Of a DNA stretch of 64,000 bases, positions 8,717 to 18,636 are shown in pieces. The position numbers were made by a program, and so were the translations under genes. Numbering within the stretch: the stretch's first letter is position 1; each line of letters begins with the position of its first letter. Location of the stretch: contig NIVC01001541.1 in the NCBI GenBank assembly GCA_002269645.1, forward strand, positions 124,001 through 188,000, read 5' to 3'. The notes under the pieces were generated by a model. The model made no database searches, was not told the origin of the DNA, and worked only from the letters and a program-made list of their open reading frames with translations. This stretch comes from Macrostomum lignano (lineage: Eukaryota).

Positions 8717-9183
8717 GCCCAACTGCTCTGTATTTCTAAAGGAACCCCGATTTTATCCACTTACCCCTGCTCTAATTATTTTCCCGGGTTGAAACTACTG
8801 ATAGTAGGGTAAAAGCATATTTAAACCCACAAAATTTCCCGTTCCTAAAAGTAATGCCCTACTACAAGTGCAATGTGTGTTTTAGTCAGCCTATGCATGT
8901 TGAAGCGCACGGCAGCCCACTGAGACTGTCTATGGCCAAAAGACAATTGGTTCAGTGCAATGTGTGTTTTAGTCAGCCTAAATGCATGTTGAAATGAAGG
9001 TTGAATCGTAGACTTTTGAGCTCAATAACTTGCCTTCGAACTGAATATATTTTCGGGACCAAACTTGGAAAGAAAATAGAGATGCTTGCTTTAGAACTGA
9101 TTATTAATGGCAGGGTGATGCAGCCAAATATTTTGGGATACCCTTTATCCAGCTCAATTAGCTTGCTTCATCTCTGCAAAAAG

Positions 9184-9722
9184 ATGGCAGATGACGGGAG
9201 ATGGCGGAAAATGCAGGGAGATGGCAGGAGATGGCAGATGGCAGGGGATGACGGGAGATGGCGGAAAATGCAAGGAGATGGCAGGAGATGGCAGATGGCA
9301 GGGGATGACGGGAGATGGCGGAAAATGCAAGGAGATGGCAGGAGATGGCAGATGGCAGGGGATGACGGGAGATGGCGGAAAATGCAAGGAGATGGCAGGA
9401 GATGGCAGATGGCAGGGGATGACGGGAGATGGCGGAAAATGCAAGGAGATGGCAGGAGATGGCAGATGGCATGCAGGGAGATGGCAGGGAGATGGCAGAT
9501 GGCATGCAGGGAGATGGCAGGAGATTGCAGATGGCATGCAGGGAGATGGCAGGAGATTGCAGATGGCATGCAGGGAGATGGCAGGAGATGGCAGATGGCA
9601 GGAAAATGCAGGGAGATGACAGGGAGATTACAAATGGCATGCAGGAAGATGGCAGGAAAATTCTGGGAGTTGCAGGGAGGTGGCAGATTGCAGATGGCAG
9701 GAAATTGCAGGGAGGTGGCAGG
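9184..9722. repeat. Composite minisatellite (GGAGATGGCA core, 60-bp higher-order unit in the first half)
   Basis: Visible tandem repetition. It generates the spurious ORFs at 9001-9777. Confidence 0.95.
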
Positions 9723-10484
9723 TGAACTCGACAGAGCGACCGACCCCCACTCAATTTTAGTTCAGTTATTTTACTAAATTATCCTCACTCAGGACAAGAG
9801 TTACTACTTACAATCAGTAGTGCTGCGCTCATAACTAAATTTACCTGCTTTCCACTAGACAGTGTGAAGTGCACGCAATAGCTTTGCTCATCAGCTGAAA
9901 GCGGTGAGTTTCAAATATACAAACCAGAGCTCAGTTGCACAAGACAGTTCCTGGTGCCTCAACCCCCGGTTGGAGAGGGCAACATGCCGTTTAATTAATA
10001 TATAATGAGCATCTGTATTGAGGCTGTCGATCAGTGCAGGCGAAAGTTCTTGCGGGTGTCCCTCTGTGAGCAGTGCAATCTCAGTGAGGGCTTCATGATT
10101 GAGAATTTATTGAGCCGATCAGATCTGAACTCACTGGAGCAGCGGGTTCTGCACACAGGTATCAGCGGAAAAGCACTGGAGACTCAGCTGCTCAATTCAT
10201 TTTGTCAGGTAATCATTTTGATCAAACCTCTGCTGCTAGATTTACAATGCGGCAAGTTCAGCCAGGGTTTTCATCTCTAGTCTCACATCTCTGGTCTCCC
10301 ATCTTTAAGTCCCCCCTCTACTCTCCACTACCTAGTCTCCAATCTCTAGTCTGTGATCTCTTATGTCTATTCCTTAGCCTATATTCTCTCGTGTTCAATT
10401 TACATCTAATCTCTCGTCTTCCATGTCTAGCCTCCCGCCTATAGTCTTTTAACTATCAACTCTAATATGCTATCTACCATCGCC

Positions 10485-11150
10485 AATCTGCCATCTGCCG
10501 TCTCTCCTCTCCCATTTGCCCTCTCTAATCTCCCATCTTCCACCTCTCCTCTTTCTATTTGCCATCTCTAATCTCCCATCTGCCACCTCTCCTCTCATAT
10601 TTGACATCTCTAATCTCTCATCTGCCATCTCTAATCTCCCATCTCCTACCTGCCATCCATAATCTTCTATCTGCCTTCTCTAATATACTTTCTGCCATCT
10701 CTAATCTTCCATCTCCTACCTGCCATATCTAATCTTCCATCTCCTCCCTGCCATCTCTAATCTTCCATCTCCTCCCTGCCATCTCTAATCTTCCATCTGC
10801 CATCTCTAATCTTCCATCTGCCATCTCTAATCTCCTCCCTGCCATCTCTAATCTTCCATCTCCTCCCTGCCATCTCTAATCTTCCATCTGCCATCTCTAA
10901 TCTCCTCCCTGCCATCTCTAATCCATCTGCCATCTCTAATCTTCCATCTCCTCCCTGCCATCTCTAATCCATCTGCCATCTCTAATCTTCCATCTCCTCG
11001 CTGCCATCTCTAATCTTCCATCTGCCATCTCTAATCTTCCATCTCCTCGCTGCCATCTCTTATCTCCCATCTCCTACCTGTCATCTGTAATTCTTTATCT
11101 GCCTTCTCTAATATCTTTTCTACCATCTCTAATCTCCCATCTGCCACCTC
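10485..11150. repeat. Minisatellite CTGCCATCTCTAATCTTCCATCT-type
   Basis: Tandem degenerate units whose core is the reverse complement of the 9184-9722 core. Confidence 0.9.
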
Positions 11151-11225
11151 CATCCCCTATCTCGCGATCTTACTCCTATCAGGCTCTCATCTCCCCTCAA
11201 ATCCCAGCCTCTGTCCCCCTGCAGG

Positions 11226-11487
11226 CAACTCCAGCTGCCAAGGACTTCGCCGTCATCAGCACTTCGAGATGCCGTCCTGCAAGCTGCCCTGCATCGTCGG
11301 CGGCGTCCTCGGCGGTCTGGCGGGCCTCGGGCTGTTCGCCGGCCTAATGGCTTTGCTTCTTCACTCCTGCTGTTGCGGCGGCAGTCAGGAAGACGTCGAA
11401 GAATTCAGCGACGAAGAATCTCGCGCGCCAACAAAGCCGCGAGACCGGCAGCAGCGAATGCAGAAGACAATTTATCTGACTCCCTGA
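11226..11487 (+). pseudogene. Terminal exon of a single-pass membrane protein, copy A (frameshifted after the TM segment)
   Basis: Follows a ctgcag acceptor and encodes CIVGGVLGGLAGLGLFAGLMALLL. All differences from copy B across LGGLAGLGLFAGLMALLL are synonymous. Confidence 0.55.
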
Positions 11488-11589
11488 TCTGCGCGCATTT
11501 GGTGCTACTCGCACTGTCAATAAAGTAGTATGTTGCGATGCATGTTGCCACTTGGAATGATGGAATTGCCGTTGTGGAGAAGCTAAACG

Positions 11590-11885
11590 AGTAAAGGGAC
11601 AGGGGAGAGGAGAGAGGAGAGATCAGAGATCTGGGAGGAAAATTGGATAAGAGAGGAGAGCTCGGAGAGGAAAAATCAGAGAGGAGAGATACTTGTAAGA
11701 GGAGAGATCGGAGAGAAAGAAGAGATAGAAGAGAAAAGATCGGAGAGGAGAGATCAGAGAGGAGAGATCAGAGAGGAGAGATCGGAGAGGAGAGATCGGA
11801 GAGGAGAGACCAGAGAGGAGAGATCCGAGAGGAGAGATCGGAGAGGAGAGATCCGAGAGGAGAGATCGGAGAGGAGAGAGAAAAG
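11590..11885. repeat. GAGAGGAGAGATC(G/A) minisatellite
   Basis: Tandem 14-15-bp purine-rich units. Confidence 0.9.
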
Positions 11886-12060
11886 GTGGGGATGGATAGC
11901 AGAAATGCGGCAGAGGAGAGCACTGTCTCCATCGTGTTACTCGTCTTGAAATCTATGGAATAGATAGTTTTTACATTATTCGCACTTAGTCGACGAAGGT
12001 CACTTCTGCCTTTGATATAATCTGAGCGGAGGACGCTCTAAAGTTAAATTGGGTATTGCA

Positions 12061-12160
12061 GCATACAGCAAGCGCCTGTGAGGAGTGGACAGGATAAACG
12101 CAGCACGTACAAGTGGTTCCGCCAGTTCCTATTCCAATTGCCTAGATTCTGTACACACGG
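12061..12160 (+). pseudogene. Decayed piggyBac-like transposase fragment, copy A
   Basis: Homologous to 28753-28900, with additional deletions. Confidence 0.45.
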
Positions 12161-12249
12161 AGTGCGGTGGCACTAAGAAATTGCCTCCTTCCTGTTCGTC
12201 ACTGTCAGGACCTCATCGAGTCGACTGAATCGCACCTTTGACTTTCCAA

Positions 12250-13879
12250 GCGTTGCAAAGTCTACTCCAGAAATGGACGCTGCAAAGTCTACTATGGAAA
12301 TGGACGTTCCAAAGTCTACTACAGAAATGGACGTTGCAAAGTCTACAACAGAAATGGACGCTGCAAAGTTCACTACAGAAATGGACGCTGCAAAGTTCAC
12401 TACAGAAATGGACGCTGCAAAGTCTACTACAGAAATGGACGTTGCAAAGTTCACTACAGAAATGGACGCTGCAAAGTTCACTACAGAAATGGACGCTGCA
12501 AAATCTACTATGGAAATGGACGCTGCAAAGTTCACTACAGAAATGGACGTTGCAAAGTCTACTACAGAAATGGGCGTTGCAAAGTCTACTATGGAAATGG
12601 ACGCTGCAAAAATCACTACAGAAATGGACGCTGTAAAGTTCACTACAGAAATGGACGCTGCAAAGTCTACTACAGAAATGGACGCTGCAAAGTTCACTAC
12701 AGAAATGGACGCTGCAAAGTCTACTACAGAAATGGGCGTTGCAAAATCTACTACAGAAATGGATGCTGCAAAGTCTACTTCAGAAATGGGCGTTGCAAAG
12801 TTCACTACAGAAATGGACGCTGCAAAGTTCACTACAGAAATGGACGCTGCAAAGTTCACTACAGAAATCGACGCTGCAAAGTTCACTACAGAAATGGACG
12901 CTGCAAAGTTCACTACAGAAATGGACGCTGCAAAGTTCACTACAGAAATGGACGCTGCAAAGTTCACTACAGAAATGGACGCTGCAAAGTTCACTACAGA
13001 AATGGACGCTGTAAAGTTCACTACAGAAATGGACGCTGCAAAGTTCACTACAGAAATGGACGCTGCAAAGTTCACTACAGAAATGGACGCTGCAAAGTTC
13101 ACTACAGAAATGGACGCTGCAAAGTTCACTACAGAAATGGACGCTGCAAAGTTCACTGCAGAAATGGACGCTGCAAAGTTCACTACAGAAATGGACGCTG
13201 CAAAGTTCACTACAGAAATGGACGCTGCAAAGTTCACTACAGAAATGGACGCTGCAAAGTTCACTACAGAAATGGACGCTGCAAAGTTCACTACAGAAAT
13301 GGACGCTGCAAAGTTCACTACAGAAATGGACGCTGCAAAGTTCACTACAGAAATGGACGCTGCAAAGTTCACTACAGAAATGGACGCTGCAAAGTTCACT
13401 ACAGAAATGGACGCTGCAAAGTTCACTACAGAAATGGACGCTGCAAAGTTCACTACAGAAATGGACGCTGCAAAGTTCACTACAGAAATGGACGCTGCAA
13501 AGTTCACTACAGAAATGGACGCTGCAAAGTTCACAACAGAAATGGACGCTGCAAAGTTCACTACAGAAATCGACGCTGCAAAGTTCACTACAGAAATGGA
13601 CGCTGTAAAGTTCACTACAGAAATGGACGCTGCAAAGTTCACTACAGAAATGGACGCTGCAAAGTTCACTACAGAAATGGACGCTGCAAAGTTCACTACA
13701 GAAATGGACGCTGCAAAGTTCACTACAGAAATGGACGCTGCAAAGTTCACTACAGAAATGGACGCTGCAAAGTTCACTACAGAAATGGACGCTGCAAAGT
13801 TCACTACAGAAATGGACGCTGCAAAGTTCACTACAGAAATGGACGCTGCAAAGTTCACTACAGAAATGGACGCTGCAAA
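12250..13879. repeat. 27-bp minisatellite (ctacagaaatggacgctgcaaagttca), about 60 copies
   Basis: Head-to-tail units with no spacers. It is homogeneous on the right and more diverged on the left. Confidence 0.97.
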
Positions 13880-14550
13880 AAGACAGTGTTTGTTAGCAAG
13901 GCGTGCTCGAACTGGTCATTTGTTGAGCAAGAACTCAAAAAGAACAAAAAAATCTTGTGACTCTCGCAGAAAATTACGAAAATATTTCGATATGTAATAA
14001 CTAATATTTAATTCTCAATTGATAATCACGATTTGAACGATAAATTACGACATTGTAAGTATATTTATAACAAAGAATGCACTCATATTAGTAAACGAAG
14101 TGACAAGCATCACAATATTGTTATAGCAGCCGAGAAAATGTAATAGGATACATCGAATAATGCACACAGCTTAAAAAGGAATTTAGAATGGAAAGTCTGC
14201 AAAAAATAAGTATTTGGCTAATGATCTATTTGGTTACAACATATCAATATTATCATATCAATTAATCGCATGAAAATAACGGTATTTTAGCGGCTTGCGA
14301 AAACGAAGTAAGTTGCAAGCGAGAAAATTGAAAGTTTATTTGCTTTACGCGGTAAGTATAAATAAGCACGCGATCACATGGGGAGGTGCGCCAAAAAGGT
14401 GGCACGATTGAAGGCCAACCTTCCCGACTTAGCATACTGACTGTCTGCCCGAGTACACCCAAACCCCCCCCCCCAGCCTGGCGGGCAGGGGGTTTCAGTG
14501 CAGATGTACTCGCAATCGCTGGCTGCGTGCTGATAGGGCCACCACAGTAT

Positions 14551-14701
14551 CCATAATTGTCAAACTCCGGACGATTTACTTTTGGCAACCATTGCGGCTG
14601 GGGTGGCGCCGCTGTTCCAATCGGCGTTGACCTCGTCAACAGCTTTCTGTCCCCGCAGGACGCTTATGAACTCCTCGGCATTGTAGTACATCTCAACATC
14701 G
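14551..14701 (-). pseudogene. 3' fragment of a pathogen-related protein gene (paralog of 29431-29590)
   Basis: Nearly collinear with the end of exon 2 of the 29459-31945 gene (VEMYYNAEEFISVLRGQKAVDEVNADWNSGAT) and truncated upstream. Confidence 0.75.
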
Positions 14702-14819
14702 CCTTCCTTGGCCTTCCGAACTCTATAATATAATCACTTTTCTGATTTACAAGAAGTCCAGATGCCCGCTGTCTCGATGCACCTCTCTCCACGCTCAGGT
14801 GCATGATGGTCGTATCTGG

Positions 14820-14940
14820 CCGCGCCCGCTGCTTGCTGGCCGTCGAAGCTGCGCTGCATGGAGCCGGACGAGTCTAGCAGAGCTCCGGTAAGCACCGACC
14901 TCACATGGCGAAATTCATTTTCACTTTTAGACTCATTCAA
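14820..14940 (-). pseudogene. 5' fragment of a vWA-domain gene (paralog of the start of 18637-20834)
   Basis: RSVLTGALLDSSGSMQRSFDGQQAAGAA vs RTVLTGALLDVSGSMERTFDSRQVAGAA. Confidence 0.7.
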
Positions 14941-16640
14941 GCTGGCTGGACAAGCAGCTGGAGGATAAGGACAGGCACCTTATTAACGAATCGGGAACAG
15001 AAGATATGAGTGAAGAAAACGATAGGAGAGGAAAATACAGTAACCCATGGCATAAGTGCAATCGTTCTCTTTTACCAAAAAAACCTATAACTATTCTTTC
15101 AATCAGCCAACTCAAGTTATTTTTTATAAATTATATTTCAGCTGATGAGCAGCCCTAGCGTATTGCAGTTTACCAGAGCTGCACAGCTCAACCAGGTCTT
15201 ACCTGTACAGTCTGCACACGCACAGTTACAAAGTACGGAGACAGCGTAGTTCAGTCTGAACTGGTCGAATTTCTCTCATTTACAGCTGGATCATTGCAAG
15301 GGACTGGGGCTAGAGATGACAAATAAATCAATATTAATTATACTAATTACTACTGAAAGTAGCATGCCAGCCACCTGTGAGCTTAAATTAATTAGTAAAA
15401 TCGTTCGGTTTGGCCTCCACTGCGCAGTTGCTGAGGTTGCACTTGATAGGTACTTTTCTATGTACAATTTCTAAAACTGGCTTGAAGTTTTTATCCGTCG
15501 ATACGAAGCACTGTCTGAATCCCCCTGTGGAAAATGTTTATAACCAGATAGAATAAGCTTCGCTGGAAGTGTCGCAGCTGTTATGCATCTGCAGTTAAAA
15601 ACCTCCCACGATCAAGCGAAGGCGCACCAAAACAAGTCAAAATCTTCTCTCAGCAACTGGAAACTCAGACACTAAAATCACGGGCTGGGCCACTTACGAG
15701 TTGCATACTCTGATTTAGGCACTGGGGGGTCGTACTATACGAGTAAAGCTGTCGTAGCCTAAGTTCGATCGTACGTCGGAACTTTTACACTGCGGAGATA
15801 GGAGCTAAGAAAGATCTTATCTTACGATGGCTTTATAGAACAGGCCCATTACCTGCTTGCATAAACATTTAGCAGCGTGAATCATGTGACAATTGCCTCT
15901 ATGACCGTTTGCTCTCGCTGCAATCGGCTGGGCACAGTAAAAACTTAAAATCTTACCAATGAGACAGAAGCATTGTGCACTGAGATGGTGCGGCTGCACT
16001 CACAAACAGCTTATTTTTTATTTAGCATTGCGCTAAACCCTTGAAAAACAATGGCTGAGAGAACTCTAATTTATGACGAGCATTCACGCAACAGAATAAA
16101 ATATTGCAGTTTTGTCTCGGACAACATGACGATTAATGAGCTTGAGACAGATATACGTAGCCTTTAGTTGAAACACTGCATGCATTCTTTCTGCGCTCGG
16201 TGGCAATGGTTAAAGTGTTTTTCAGCTTTTGTGCGCGCATCGGACAATGGAGCCGAACTTCTGTTCCATTGCGCTCATCATCACCTGTACAAGACTGTTT
16301 GGCGACTCCGATGAGCACTGAGAGATGAGCATAGCAGCAGGGTTTGAAACTGAGAGTTTGATGTGAGCTTGTTCCTCTCGAACTGTTTGCTCATTTTGTG
16401 TCCTTCCTCCACAGTCTGGGATTAACAGGTAGTTAACAGCTGTTGGCTGGAGTTGAAAATCAGATGAGGAGAGGAGAGCAAAAAGGCTCAGAAGAGGGTT
16501 GGAAGAAGATGGAATAATGGACCTCAATGTGATTTTTTGTGACACTTTCAACTGTAGTCATCATAATTCTAATCAAGAAAAGGATGCTGCTGTGTCTTGT
16601 GCCTTTTGCTGCAACTAAACTATACTAACTAAGATAAGAG

Positions 16641-17558
16641 GAGAGGGGAGGAGAGGAGAGGAGAGGAAAGGAGAGGAGAGGAAAGGAGAGGAGAGGAGAG
16701 GAGAGGAGAGGAGAGGAGAGGAGAGGAGAGGAGAGGAGAGGAGAGGAGAGGAGAGGAGAGGAGAGGAGAGGAAGAGGAGAGGAGAGGAGAGGAGAGGAGA
16801 GGAGAGGAGAGGAGAGGAGAGGAGAGGAGAGGAGAGGAGAGGAGAGGAGAGGAGAGGAGAGGAGAGGAGAGGAGAGGAAGAGGAGAGGAGAGGAGAGGAG
16901 AGGAGAGGAGAGGAGAGGAGAGGAGAGGAGAGGAGAGGAGAGGAGAGGAGAGGAGAGGAGAGGAGAGGAGAGGAAGAGGAGAGAGAGAGAGGAGAGGAGA
17001 GGAGAGGAGAGGAGAGGAGAGGAGAGGAGAGGAGAGGAGAGGAGAGGAGAGGAGAGGAGAGGAGAGGAGAGGAGAGGAGAGGAGAGGAGAGGAGAGAGAG
17101 GAGAGGAGAGGAGAGGAGAGGAGAGGAGAGGAGAGGAGAGGAGAGGAGAGGAGAGGAGAGGAGAGGAGAGGAGAGGAGAGGAGAGGAGAGGAGAGGAGAG
17201 AGAGGAGAGGAGAGGAGAGGAGAGGAGAGGAGAGGAGAGGAGAGGAGAGGAGAGGAGAGGAGAGGAGAGGAGAGGAGAGGAGAGGAGAGGAGAGGAGAGG
17301 AGAGGAGAGGAGAGGAGAGGAGAGGAGAGGAGAGGAGAGGAGAGGAGAGGAGAGGAGAGGAGAGGAGAGGAGAGGAGAGGAGAGGAGAGGAGAGGAGAGG
17401 AGAGGAGAGGAGAGGAGAGGAGAGGAGAGGAGAGGAGAGGAGAGGAGAGGAGAGGAGAGGAGAGGAGAGGAGAGGAGAGGAGAGGAGAGGAGAGGAGAGG
17501 AGAGGAGAGGAGAGGAGAGGAGAGGAGAGGAGAGGAGAGGAGAGGAGAGGAGAGGAGA
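16641..17558. repeat. (GGAGA)n pentanucleotide satellite, about 0.9 kb
   Basis: Near-perfect pure-purine tract. Confidence 0.98.
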
Positions 17559-18636
17559 GAAGAAAAAAGTAAGCTGAACTAAGCTAAGTCACAGTTGCAC
17601 AATAGAAGGAGAACTTCAGTTTTGCCTGCACAATCTGCGAGCATCTCCAGTGTACACCCGACAGGTGCGCACTGTGGAGTAAAGCTAAATGAGTACAGAA
17701 ACCTGTGAAGCCGGACCCATGCAAGCTTGGTGTCTTCTGGATACGAGGATTGAATTGCCTCGACGCTTATTTTGGGACGATTTTGCCGAAGGCGTTGCGC
17801 CAGGATGCCCGCAGCCTTCCCGCTGATGTTTTTTAAGGCGGATATTGTGCTGAAGTTCAAGAGTCTGACAGACGAGTTTAGGGAGTTAAAAACATCTGGT
17901 CTTGTGTGCTCAGGCACTGAGCACGATAATGGCTGCCTGCTGCCGGACCCCAGGAGAGCCGGAGGCCAGTCAGCCTCAGCCAGAGCTGGGAAACTGGGCC
18001 TGTACTCTTGTGCTTGCGTACATGTATTTATTAGCGAAGTTTTTGGTCAAAACAAAATTTTCGAGCTGAAATTTTGGAGTAAATATTTATAACATTCGAT
18101 TTTTAAATATATTTATATATTTTTTTTTGAACAATTCCATGCTTATACTTATAAAACACACAGGAGCTCAATCAGAGTGCTTTGAGAAAAACAAATATAA
18201 AAATAAGAACTACTTGAATGTCTCAAATTTTTTCAAAGGACCACCGAAAACTACGCGGTGCTCAGGGTGCTCTATACGATGAGGCATGGGATTTGAGATG
18301 ATGTGGATGGGATAATTTTACACGAGACATGGCTTTTGAGCACGGAAATTCGGTGCGCGAAAATACAGAATACATTAATAAATTTCTTTTTCATTGTCAT
18401 TTGTTTAATTTTTAATCCAATTTTTCAATTTTCCGTCCAAAGTCAGTAAAGATTAGAATTGTCAGCATGAGGTAAAACTACGCTTGGAGAGCAACACGAG
18501 ATCATGTAAGCAGCGGTTGCGAGAAAGAAAAAGTTTCCAAGCCAGAGGCACTTCAGAGGCAACTATGCAGAGAAACTACGCAATTTCCACCAGTCAGTGC
18601 CAAAATAGACTTTTGGATGGCGAGACTCCACGGCAC

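Larger units (their letters stand above)
1..8866 (-). mobile_element. 5' part of an LTR retrotransposon; its 5' LTR (about 1333-1574 plus 8717-8866) is split by the LINE insertion
   Basis: The minus strand begins TGTAGTAGGG at 8866. There is a TATA-like AATATAA near 1487-1493, then TGG-initiated PBS-like motifs (1321-1332, 1264-1274), then gag. The second LTR is outside the window, so the LTR boundaries are inferred. Confidence 0.6.
8867..14701 (+). repeat. Segmental duplication, copy A (paralogous to about 23594-29590)
   Basis: Collinear shared blocks: gtcagcctatgcatg, the GAGATGGCAG array, ctttccactagacag..cagctgaaagcggtga, the TM exon, the piggyBac relic, aaaagacagtgtttgttagcaaggcgtgctcgaa, and a PR-gene 3' fragment. 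Confidence 0.9.

Noticed and set aside
12173-13997. 561-aa and 574-aa ORFs (NFAASISVV / MDAAKFTTE repeats)
   Set aside because: They are translations of a stop-free 27-bp minisatellite that exists as one unit in the paralogous region.
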